A DNA stretch of 64,000 nt from Vitrella brassicaformis CCMP3155 (Eukaryota > Protista > Chromerida), in NCBI GenBank assembly GCA_001179505.1, contig CDMY01000280.1:1-64000 (forward strand), written 5' to 3'. Within the stretch, counting starts at the first letter, position 1; each line of letters opens with the position of its first letter. Of the stretch, positions 1-11,709 are shown one piece after another. Made by a program: the position numbers and the translations under genes. The notes below the pieces were generated by a model. It saw only the letters and a program-made list of their open reading frames with translations. It was not told where the DNA came from and did not search any database.

Positions 1-350
1 GTGATCGGCTGGTGCCATGCCTCCCTCTCTGTCTGTGTGTGTGTGTGTGTGTGTGTGTTGTGGCCTCAGGAGGGCGGTGGAGTGCTGTCTGCCGTCCTCT
101 CTGTCTGTAGCTCGCTGACCGGTGTAGATCACTGCTGATGTCGACCCACCAATGTCTGGCTGTGTATATGTCAATGCCTCCGGTGAGAAGGTGTGTGTGG
201 GACGCTCTCTCTCTCTCTCTCTCTCTCTCTCCTCCCCTCCCCTCTGTGTTGTGTGTCTGTGGCCCTCCTCCATCTCTCTCTCTCTCTATCTCTCTGCCTG
301 TGTGCTGTCGATATGTATTGGCCTGGCTGTGTGGACGGACGTCCTACAGA
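1..350. repeat. Diverged copy of the 3' flank of the 991-2671 gene (matches ~2735-3010); implies another paralogue just upstream of the window
   Basis: gtgatcggctggtgccatgcctc...ctgccgtcctctctgtctgtagctcgctgaccgg (1-122) aligns with gtcatcggctgttgccatgcctc...ctgccgtcctgtctgtttgcagctcgcggaccgg (2734-2862); gtcgatatgtatt occurs at ~307 and ~2983. Confidence 0.7.
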
Positions 351-990
351 CAGACAGACATGGGGTGTCTGTGTGTCCGTGTGTGCGAAAGCATTTGCTC
401 TCACGTCCGTCTGGTGAATGATGCGCGTGTTGATCAATGCATCACACAGAAAATTGATGAGTGTGCACACACACTCAAGCACTCCCTTGCTGCGCTGCCG
501 TGTCTATCTGTTTTGCCCCTCCCTCCTCTCCATCTGGATGGCTGGGCGGTCGGTGCTTTAGTTCGTTGGGCTGATGATTGACATCTTCTCTCTCTTTCTG
601 AATGGGTACACACATGTGCATATGTATTCACCCAGACAGACAGACAGGCCGATCAACGCCCCTTACCGAACACTCTAAATTTGTGTTTCCATCCATTAAT
701 CCATCCGCGCGCTTTCACTCACTCACAGGTGGGCAGACCTGGGCATGTCGGCCGTAGGGATGACGATGGCTGGCTCTCCCCTCTCTCTGCGTGTCGTCCA
801 TATAAATTATTGGCCTGTCTGCCTGACTGTGTTGATGGACTGACTGACAGAGGTGTGCGTGAGAAGGAATGCGATGTATTGCACATATTGCACACTTACA
901 CGCATTCTGAGCGATGAATTCGATCGTGACTCATTGCGAGCTTCAATGGCGACGATTCCATGGGGTAGAAAGTAGCCTTTGCGACAAGCG

Positions 991-2671
991 ATGGGTGCGG
1001 TCAACAGCAAGAGCACCGACGAGGCGTCGCCCGCCATCAACGGCCAGGTGCTCGACGTCGTCTATCGGGACGAGCGCGATGAGCTGCACAACGTCAAGGA
1101 CCTCGGCCACATCAGGAGGTCGGCCCTGTTCTTCAGCAAGGTCGACTTCCCTGCCGAGATCCTCCGCAATCGCCTCGACCGCTCCCTCCATCGCATTCGC
1201 CTCGCTGACGGCACGAGGCTGGCTGCCGTGCTGACCTTCGACGCCCAGACGGTGTCTGAACCGCGTGAGCTGCTGGCGGCCGTGTGGCTGGTGGAAGAGC
1301 AGAAGTGGGACGAGGTGGCTGAGGTGCTGCAGTGGGCCAGTGAGTGCGGCTTCTGTCAGCTGCCTGTCAAGCTCACGGCAGATGACATCAACACACACGC
1401 CAGCAAGACGGTAAGGCACACACACACAGAGGGGTGGGAGAGATGACAGAGAGGCCTCATTCATTCTTCTCTCTCTGTCTGTGGTGTAGGCGTATGGATC
1501 GGTAGCTCGTGTGTTGGCGCAGCTCATGGTGGTCGGCCGTCACATCGACTTCCGTGACGGCAGCTGCCTGCAGCTCTTCCGCCATGCCAATGATGAGGTG
1601 CGGGCCATCAAGGACCAGCCCGGCTTCGAGGTGACTGTCGACCCGCCCCTCCCCGCCGGCCATCTGTATCAGCAGCACCGACAGCAGCATGACCCACCAG
1701 TGCGCAGCGACATCTTCTACCACATGGGCATCAACCAGTGGGTGTCGGGCGGCGTCCCGTCCGCCTTTGCGTCGGTGTCGTCGTTCGCCAAGGAGATGGT
1801 CCTCAACCACTTCGAAATAACTCACCAGACCAATCCCACAGGGATACTCCTCAACGGGTAACACATCAATGGCAGCAGTGTCGAGGCGTGTGTGATTGTG
1901 TGTGTATGTGTGCGGTTGATTGAGGCGTGTTGGTGGCGGCCGTCTGGATGGCCTCCTCACTCAGTCGCCCCACACACCAGTGGCCGGCTGCACCACCACA
2001 TTCAGCCGTGAAGATGGCATCGGTGAGGTGCGTGTGCTGGTGCTCACCAACAGCAGCCACAACTTCGTCGCGTGGATTGCCATTTTCGATTGGGGGGACG
2101 GCATCGGTAAGGCCGACAGACAGGCAGCTCAGGTAGTCAAATCTCATGTGTCTTTTCTTTCTGATTGTCTGCAGTGAGGGTTGATGTCCACACGACCGAG
2201 GCGCCTGTGGCTGGTGCTGGTGGCGCCTTCAAGGACCGCCTCCCCTTGACCACTCGGCTGGCCCGTGTGGCGCTGGGGCGAGTGGCGCCATACGTCTTCG
2301 ACGGCCTAGTGGACGATGACAATGACGACGATGATGACGGTGCGGAGAGGGGAGGGGACACACACATGGTGGCCATGGTGTGGATGGATGGCATTTCTTC
2401 TCTGTCTGTCTTTGTGTGTGGTGTAGATTCCGACGGCCATGGCGGCGGCTGGGATGATATGGATGACGACAGCGACGGAGAGGACAGCGGAGGTACACAC
2501 AAGGGAAGGAAGGCACACAGCACACCACAGATGCCTTACCCTCATCACACACATGCGATGGACTCACACCGTCCCCCATCACACACATATGTGAGTGTGT
2601 GTGTGGATTTGACAGGTGAGGATGCATCAGCTGCGCAGAACGGCGCCAACGACGGCAACACATCGCGCTGA
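991..2671 (+). CDS. Lineage-expanded hypothetical protein family member, 6 exons, acidic C-terminus, N-terminal MG
   Basis: Exons approx. 991-1410, 1490-1857, 1925-2106, 2175-2340, 2427-2491, 2617-2671 join in frame via GT-AG sites. Strong protein and intron-position similarity to 9521-11106 (LPVxLTADDINTHAxKT, LAQLMVVGRH, PAGHLYQQH, GGAFKDR). Confidence 0.85.
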
Positions 2672-3303
2672 TAACACACACGCACACAGAGACCGATCCC
2701 AAGACTCACTGGTGCGCCACAGACACACTGCAATGTCATCGGCTGTTGCCATGCCTCTCTCTCCCTCTGTCTGTCTGTCTGTCTGTGTGTCTGTTTTGGC
2801 CAGGAGGGTGGACCAGTTGGACTAATGGCTGCCGTCCTGTCTGTTTGCAGCTCGCGGACCGGCGCAGACTAGCCGCTGATGTCTGTGTGTGTGTTGAAGG
2901 GTGAACATGCCTCTGATGGTTGTGGGTGGGTCACTCTCTCTCTGGCCTCCGTCTCTCTCTCTATATAAATCTGCCTGAGCGTGTCGATATGTATTAGGCT
3001 GACTGCCTGGCTGCTGTCTGTGTGGGTGTGGATGGACTGACAGCTGATGTGCGTGGCGTGTGTGAAGGAATGCATTGCGTGGCGACGAATGTAATCCAAT
3101 CAACGTCGCACGGACACAAGCACACACACACACACACACACAGGAAGAGGAGTCACTCACAAACTGTCGAAATACTCAAAAAATACAAGCAGCCGGCAAC
3201 ACAATGTTGTCATGAATGGACGCACTCTACAACCACTGCGACGGACAAATCTAATACCTCCCTCCCTTCCTCCCTATCGATCCATTGGCCATCCACCGTC
3301 TGG

Positions 3304-5612
3304 CTATCCGACAATGGTGGCCAGCGTGCATGTGACCGCATCGACCACCCGGCCATGGTCGAACTCACCGAGGCTGCCGCGACGCACACGCTTGCACTGG
3401 CCAGGAGGCTGTTGCTGCTGGTGGTGGTTGTGGCTATGGTGGTTGTTCAGCCAGTCCACCATCAGCTGGGCAAACGGTGCAGGCAGGAAGTCGGGATATG
3501 TCAGCTGCACAACACAGTGACACACGTGTGGTGGGCGAAGGGCGCTCTCTCCCTCTCTCTCTCTCTGTGTGTGTGTGTGCGGTGAATTGGTTGATTTACC
3601 CGGTGCGCCCCGCTGGTCTGCTGTTTGTGCCACTCGAGCAGCCGCCGACACAACACTAGGTCGCCACGCAGCTGCAGGTGGGGAGGGACATAACGAGGGC
3701 AACACACACACATCGGCCTCTGAATGTGTCTCTGAGGGTGTGGTCACCTGGCTGACAACGTGTCCGTCGGGCTGGATGTCCTCCGAGGTGACCACCACTC
3801 CCCCAGTATACTCCTCCCAGAACCGCTGCAGCCCGCGGAACTCCTCACCCTCCTTGAGCTTTCCCAGCAGCTTCGCAGCCCTGCAGCCGAAAGAGATGCA
3901 ACAAGAGCGATTTGCTGGTTATCTTTGCTACCGGTGGATGTGTTGGTGTCGGCTGGGGTCAGGTTTGGCCGCCTTCCACACGCCGCCACTCTCCTCAAAG
4001 CCCACACACTGACACACACGAGGAACCATGTGTGTTGTGTCTGTGTTATCTGCTGCTCGATCAGCTCACCATGAGCATGGCCATGCACGCCGAGTGAGGG
4101 GCGATGTGCGTCTGGAAGGCCGTCGTGTCGGCCCGAAGAGAACTACACCTCTCGTAGTCTGAACGAGCGACCGCACAGCCCACCACAGCTGCACATGTGA
4201 TCAAGAGTGAGCACAGCAACCTACCTGTGAGCAGGTTGCTGACGATGGTGTGGAGGATGGCGATGGTCTTGGCTCTCTGCCCCTCATCGATGTCACGCAG
4301 ACCCCTCACACACGCCTCAATGGTCGTCGCCACAATGCCGTCATTGGCCGGTGCGTCCTGACGAGTGGTTGTCTCTGTGGAGGGGGAGGGGGAGGGTGAA
4401 GGAACGCCGCAGTGGCTGTCTGCCTCATCGTCGTCATCATCGGACGTGAGGTCGATGGTGTGGATGTGGTGAGGCGGACGGCGACGCACCAGGCTGTCTT
4501 GTGCTCTCTGCTCGGCAGCTGATGCGGCCAAGTCGCCCCGCCCCAACACTGCAATACAACGGAGGAAGGCGCCATGATTCGGGCGGCCATCCACCCACCA
4601 CTCACCCTTCATGAGCGAGGTATCCCCAGCCGCACGATGGCCGCCACGAGGCATCAACGTCCGAATGCGATGGCGCTCCTTAGCCTCCTGCCACCCATAC
4701 ACACACACACACACACAGAGGAACAAAAGCTGCCCCCACGTTACCCATCGCCCTCTCACCCACGCCTCGCACACACCTTGAGGGCCTTGGCCTGTACCAC
4801 AATGTTGTGAGAGTTGTGCAAACCGCCGAGGTGACGACCTGACCGACACACGGACAGACACAGACGTACAGCCACGATCACCATGGTGCCTGCCTGAATG
4901 GGAAGGGGGGTGTGTGTGGTCATTCGACTCACCCCGCACGTCGAACCCCTCGCCGGTCCGTGTGATGCCCCTGGCTATGAGTTCCTCACACTCACTGGCG
5001 GCGACATACATGGGCAACAGACTGACGCAGCAAACACCCTGCTGGGCTCTGGTCAGTTTGTGTCAATCACCTGCTCAGCTCCTGCTGCACCGCATAGAAG
5101 GCCTTGCTGTGGTCCATGTACCGAATGTGCGCCAGCTCGTGCAGCAGCGTCCTCAGCACCGATCGGTAGGGCCGGGTGATGCCGCTCGTGGCGCTGTGAC
5201 GAAGACGGATCTGTGTGAGAGGGAGAGAGAGAACAGAGGCCACAAGAAAGATGTGCCGTTTGTTATCTTTCATTGAACGGCTTACCCAGATGGTCGCTCC
5301 ATAGTTGTAGTTGTATCCCCAGGCCCCTGATATCGACTCGCGAAGCAGCGGCACCCTCCAGCCGCGCTTTATCATCAGCGGCTGCACACACAAGTGCACA
5401 CCACACCACGACATCAACAGAGGAAGGCTTCACAGGACGCCTGCCGTCCACCTGATTGATCTGTGTGAGTATCTGCGCACCTGCACCTGATCTGCCGCCC
5501 TCTGCAGCAGCTCTCTGGCCTTCTGATGATCTGGCAGGTGGTGGAGCACCACGATCTCGATGCACCGGAGGCTGTGCTTGTCATGAAGGCTTCGGGACTC
5601 GCCGCGAGGCAT
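3304..5612 (-). CDS. WSS1: Wss1-like WLM-domain zinc metalloprotease with SIM-like motif and PUB domain
   Basis: Spliced exons give IEIVVLHHLPDHQKARELLQRAADQVQPLMIKRGWRV...LRTLLHELAHIRYMDHSKAFY (HExxH), ECEELIARGITRTGEGFDVRG, a PUB-like segment AIAILHTIVSNLL...YERCSSLRADTTAFQTHI...MLMCVGFEE, and TIDLTSDDDD. Confidence 0.85.
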
Positions 5613-5852
5613 CGCTTCGAACGAAGAGGAAATAGACCGCTGCTATCTCGCGGGATCCATTTCTGAGCGCGATCTCGTGGGGGCCCTGGGGGCGAGACTG
5701 CGGGCTTGTGAATCGCTGACGCTTTTCCGGCGATTTTGCTGTTTCCTCGCGCTAAGTCATCTGCTCCGATAGAATTTGGCACTGCTTTAACGCTTCGCAA
5801 CGTTAACTTGCTCGTCTTCACTCTCTCAATGACTCTTACGACTGCTACTGAA

Positions 5853-7650
5853 ATGGGGAACCAGTGCTGCAGCTGCGGGTTCTGGTCCAAGGACCCCGAC
5901 CCCGAGTATGACCCACTGGAAGGCCCCCCTGCTGCCGGTGAGCTTTGCAATGCTTGTGAGGGGCCGTATGGAAGCGCAGCGTCTTCGCGCTCTGCAGAGG
6001 CCGTGGTTTCGCAGCTCCAGAGCAGCACGTCCGTCGGTTCGAAACACCTCAGTTTTTGCCCAGTAAGCTGCTCTGTCGTGGACCAGACGGACCAGAACAA
6101 CGCTTTTTCTGGCGCGCAGGCATGATAAGTCAAGCTCCTGTTTGCAATGCTTCCATTGACGCCAACTTCGCCAAGACGCACTACGGTCAGCAAGGACATT
6201 GAGAGTTGACGGTTGAGCAGGCAGTGTTTGCGCTTCTCGCAGGCCATTCATCAGTATCCTATCGTATCGACGCCGGCGGTGAGGCACAGTCGCTTCGAAG
6301 CGCCAGGAGACTCAGCACGTCTCTGCAGTTGTGTGTCTTGGCTACAGGAATGATTGCTACGGCTACTCACGAAAGATGCATGAAAGTGGTCCCACACTCG
6401 CAGCAGCTGCCAGGTAGGATCTCGAAGGCAGGCAGGCATCGCTCATCCGTGCTTGCTGCGGGTGTTTCTGTCTTTCAGGCTTCACATCGGACAAGAACAC
6501 CAAACCGCATGGAACAGCAGATACTGTGCCGTCCTCCGGTACACGCGCACACTCACTCACTCACACGGCAACAAATGGTCTCGTTTGGTGTGTAGGTGGG
6601 CCAGATGCTGAGGGCTATCGACTCACGGACATGAAGAGAGACTGCGGTGGGCGGGGATTTCTAGAGAGATGTCACATCGGCTGGCTGTCTCTCTACCTTT
6701 TGCAGGAGACCCCCAATTGCCTCGCTCGCCTAAGAGCGCCATGAATCCTATGGCTGGTATGCGCCTCAGTGACGCCCTCTTTCGTGTCCCTATGTGTCTG
6801 TCTTTAAATGGATCGGATAAGGATACCCCGTGGCAGCTTCGGCTGACACTCAGTCGAAGGAATTTGCCAAAGGTACGAAACGATGATCAGAGAGAGACGT
6901 GAGCATGGGTGTGCATCGCGTGTCTGTCTGGATGGACACCAGAGAACGGAGGCCGGGGGACTCAGGGTATGACGAAGGCCTCATGGCGATGGACGTAGAC
7001 AGACCCCAAGCGACGCTGTCTCCTCCCTGTCTGTCTCAGAGAATTCGGTTGTCGACACACCACATGTGCGACACGGAGGTATTCTCGCTGACTGATAGGA
7101 CTGCGAGACTTTGGGTTCTCTACCCTTTGCGCTGCACTCTCTTTCATTCAGTTGATCTCCGTCCACGAGTGCGTGTTGTCGGCGTCAATGGAGTGTCAGA
7201 GGCGCTGAGGAACAGCCTCATGCTGCAGGCGCTCACCCAGGAGGGCGGTGAGCCAGCCACTGAGCGCATGGCTGCCTGCGTGGCCGCATACATGTGTGTG
7301 TGTGTCTCATATGTGTCTGTCTCAGATCTTGAGGCCCTGATCCCGCAGGTTGAGCACAAGATGAGAAACATGCCGCTGCCCGCATGCCTGGATGGCTACG
7401 TGCGAGAAGACCAGGAGCCACACGGTGAGAGCCAGGGAGGGAGGGAGGGAGGCACGATGCGGAACACAGACGCCCATCTGACTTTTGTCATGAATGTCTG
7501 CAGATTCAGGACGGTCAGTGGAATGGAACGACAACGCCGGCCGCCAATTGCAGGTGGGCAGAAATCGTTGAAAGGATTCCTCAGCTCATACAAATTGGTG
7601 TCTTTGCGTCGGTCTTGGCAGATTGTGATTAGGTCCTAAGAAGATAGCCT
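5853..7650 (+). CDS. Multi-exon hypothetical protein starting MGNQCCSC; 3' end uncertain (may extend to ~8340)
   Basis: ATG 5853 followed by a series of short GT-AG-bounded open segments (e.g. VDLRPRVRVVGVNGVSEALRNSLMLQALTQEG); not every phase could be reconciled; no recognisable domain. Confidence 0.45.
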
Positions 7651-8220
7651 AGGACGGACCGTTGTGTGTTGTGTGTGTGTGGTCATATGGACTCTTGCAC
7701 AAGCTAAAGCTGCGTGTGTCGCATTCATCTAACGGTACTCGTGTCCTCGGAAGCGGCTCAAAAGGAAGACGCCCACGACGCGATTGGCGTCGACAGACGC
7801 AGCATGCTCACGCGGCCAATCGAAAAGGCAGAGAGTGAGTGTCTTGATGGTGTCATGTCTCTGTGTTTGTGTGGTCAGATCCCGCTGGGGCAATCAAGTG
7901 TCAAAGCGAATCCCGACGGTCAAGAGGCAACATCACGGAGAAAAACAAGAGAAACCTGGCGCGACACACGCAGGTGCAGCTCGTTCTAGAATGACCACAC
8001 GACCTGTGACCTCGTTCCATCGTCACTGTGGTCAGCCAGTCAGCCACCGCCCCCCCCACACTCACGGACAGACAGAGACACATGCCATCTGTTCTCTCTG
8101 TGTCGGGGGAGTGTTGGACCTGCTCACAGTCAACGACAACGTACAGGAGCCTCCCGCACAGGAGGCTAAGGAAAATGGGGTTGACGAGGGGGAGGGAATG
8201 ACTGGTGTCTCCGTGCATTG

Positions 8221-8251
<31 letters not shown>

Positions 8252-8323
8252 ACTCTCTCTCTGTCTCCACCTCCGTGTGTGCGTGTGTGTGTCTTCAAGC
8301 TGACTTTGAGCAGCTACGGCGAG

Positions 8324-9400
8324 TCAGTCACTGCTGTCTGAACCTCCAATGACCCACTCGCGCCAGTGCAGGGTGGCCAAGGCGTCTTCCCCAGTCAGAG
8401 ATATAAGAACGACGCAGCACACATAGACAAGGACACCCGACGGGCGCCACATCGCACGGGTGGTCGGCACACACACACACACACACACGGCAAGGAAAGT
8501 TGATCCAGCACATAAACCAGCACTCAGACACCTTTCCCTGCTTGCCTGGGCGGGCATGAAGCGGCTGGGCGTGCGAGTTCTTGAGAGGGTGTCAGGAGCA
8601 CTGCAGCAGAGCGCATGCAGCAGGAAATGTTGGAATCCATAATCCAACACGATGATTGAACACACACGTCACTTGGCTGCCTGCATCGATCTGTGTCATA
8701 CTGGCTCACCTCAGACAGAACAGTTGAGCCACCAAGCTGAGAGCAGAACTCAAAGTACATACGCCCACCCGTGAGAGCCACACACAGACACACACACAGA
8801 CACACACACAAACATGGAATGAGTTTGTTTGCCCCCCCCACACACATGGAGTGAGTTTGTTTGCGCCACACACTGTGTGCCGCATACTCGTCGGTGCACT
8901 CGAGACAGACAGACAGAAAGACAGACAGACAGACCGCTTCGATGCAGCCAGCCATTCTTGCCAGCTTGTTTTGGTTTTTGCAGCAGCAATGGCGGCAGAG
9001 CGGATGATTGCCAGCGCCTTCTGCAGCTTGTGTGTGTCCTGGCCGGGCGTCTTGACCAGCATCACCAGCACATCGACGCACTCAAGCAGAGGGAATGACG
9101 GCCGCGGCAGTAGCAGACTATTGGTGAGGAGCTGCCACAGCAGTTCTCGCGCTTCGACCTGCACCTCAGATTGCTGCAAAGCCTCTCCAGCAGAATGGCT
9201 TCGCACGCCGCTGCCGGGTACCTGGCCGTGTGGCGCCGGAGGGAGGCCACGTGAGAGACCAGCAGCAGACTACCGTGAGAGGACAGCAGCATGACAAGAG
9301 AGAGTGCGGACGCCGCCGACGTCTATCGACTGGGGATTGGGCGGCCCGCCTTCCCTGCCACGTTCGAGATCATATGGAACATCCGGCGGGAGATCTCAGC
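8324..9400 (-). CDS. Multi-exon hypothetical protein, boundaries uncertain
   Basis: Coding-like segments bounded by splice sites (EALQQSEVQVEARELLWQLLTNSLLLPRPSFPLLECVDVLVMLVK; YFEFCSQLGGSTVLSE; DYGFQHFLLHALCC) separated by microsatellite introns. Confidence 0.4.
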
Positions 9401-9520
9401 TGCCGCACACCAACACACGAGGCGGGAGTGCCGTCCGGGCCGAGTGGAGGGGACTTCGCGAGCTAAGCCGTGAGGCGAGTTGATCTCCCCTGAAGTGCTT
9501 CATCCCGTGTGGCGGCCGCG

Positions 9521-11106
9521 ATGATGGAGGATCAGCAGCATCAGGAGCAGCGGCAGCACCCCTTCACATACATCTTCGTTGGTCGTCGCACGTTCTACCT
9601 CCTCAGCCTCACAGACATACTCCAGCTGAAAGCCACCTGCACATGGCTCAGAGGTCTCTTCGGAGCGGCCCAGCTGAGAGATCGGCTCCGCCACTCCGTT
9701 GGCTCACAGGCGGGGCTGCGGCGGGTGGTCAACGGGCAGCAAGTGCAGCTGGTGCGGTTCGACGACGACCAGTTCGGCGTGTGTGATCTGCTGGCGGCTG
9801 TGTGTGTGATGGAGGAGGGGCCATGGGTGGAGATCGGCGAGGTGACTGAGTGGGCCAGCCAGTGCGGCGACTGTGAGCTGCCTGTCACCCTCACGGCAGA
9901 TGACATCAACACACACGCCAACAAGACGGTAAGGCACACACACAGCGGGGCAAGAGGGACCAGAGAGGCCTCATTCATTCCTCTCTGTCTGTGTGTCTGG
10001 TGTGGTGTAGGCGTATAGATCGTTTCCCCGTGTGTTGGCGCAGCTGATGGTGGTCGGCCGCCACGTCCACTTCAGTGACGGCAGCCGCCTGCAGATAGTC
10101 CGCCGTGCCAATGGTGAGGTGCGGGGCATCAAGGACGAGCCCGACTTCCGGCTGACGATCAACCCGCCCCTCCCCGCCGGCCATCTGTATCAGCAGCACC
10201 GACTAGAGCATGACCCACCAGTGGAGAGCCGCATCTGCTACTTGGGCGGCAGATGGGGCTGGCTTAGGCTGTTCACCTGTGCGTCGGTGTCGTCATTCGC
10301 CAAGCGCACGATCGTCGAGCAGTTCCACGCGACTCACCAGATCAATCGCATATCGATATCACTCAACAGGTGACGACACGTCAATGGCAGCAGTGGCGAG
10401 AGGGGTGCGTGTTTGATTGTGTGTGTGGTTGGCTCAGGCCTGTTGGTGGCGGCCGTCTGGATGGCCTCCTCACCCAGTCGCCCCACACAGCGGTGGCCGG
10501 ATGCACTACCACATTTAGCCAGGACGCTTGTATCGGTCGTGTGCGAGAGCTGGTGCTGACCGACAGCAGCCACAACTTCGTCGCGTGGATTTTCATTTCG
10601 GATATGAGGAACGACACTGGTCAGGCTGACAGACAGGCAGCTCTGCTGGTCAAATCTCATGTGTCTTCTCTTTTTAATTGTCTGCAGTGATGGTTACTGT
10701 CCACACGACCGAGGCGCCTGCGGCTGGTGCTGGTGCTGGTGGTGCCTTCAAGGACCGCTATCCGGTGACGACTCAGCTGGCCCGTGTGGCGCTGGGGCGA
10801 GTGGCGCCATACGTCTTCGACGGACAAGTACAACAGCAGCAGCAGCAACAAGATGACAACAGCGACGATGGTACGGACATACACGCACATTGGTGGACGG
10901 ATGGACGACGTGCCTTCTTTATGTGTGTGGCAGACGGAGATGGTGGCGATGAGAGTGACGAGATAGATGACGACAGCGAAGGGGGCAGTAGAGGTATCAG
11001 GAGCAAAAGGCACACAGCACCACTGCGTCGCATACATTTGTGTGTGGGTGTGTGTGTTTGGATGGCAGGCGACAATGCATCAGCCGAGGAGGAGAATGGC
11101 GACTGA
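9521..11106 (+). CDS. Paralogue of 991-2671 with an F-box-like N-terminal segment, 6 exons
   Basis: Exons approx. 9521-9928, 10011-10369, 10438-10619, 10688-10870, 10934-10993, 11069-11106; same intron positions as 991-2671; N-terminus LSLTDILQLKATCTWLRGL resembles an F-box core (inference). Confidence 0.85.
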
Positions 11107-11709
11107 TCCACAAACCGATCAGTCAATACCGGGGCACCACAGGTATGCACATACGACAGACAGTGCGGCAGATATTTCTTCTGTGATGTCATGGGCTCTT
11201 GCCGTGTGTGTGTGTCCTCTCTGTGTGGTTTTGGCAGGGTGTTTGGTGTGCTGTCCGTAGCTGCTGGCTGCCTATCGACTCTCATCCCTTTGTCATGTAT
11301 GCGACACCTCCCATGACACAGCAGACTGCGTGGCCAGAGGGCCCCTCTCTACAGAACAATTTGAAGTGGTAGATAGGCAAGGCACGCCGTTTATGTGTGT
11401 TTTGACCGTGTTGGACCGACCGATGCTGTCGAACTGTTTCGTATGATTTGGTATAAGATGAGATTCATCGAATCGACAGGACAGCGTATTTACACACCAC
11501 ATGACAGTCATGAGGTCTGGTCGCCTGGCTGTCAATAAATGCAGCGCATCGTCACACAGTGGCACAGCGAACAAACTCGCTCATTCAGCTCATTCACTCG
11601 ACCCTCATCACTCCATGGCAGCTTCACAAATCAGTCCCCCCATCAAAACCTTCGGTGTACCCCCCCAGCCACCTACCCACATCACATCGGTCAGTCAGTC
11701 AGTGGCCCC

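Noticed and set aside
5414-6247. 277-aa minus-strand ORF upstream of WSS1
   Set aside because: It overlaps the plus-strand MGNQCC gene antisense and is not in the WLM frame; no recognisable features
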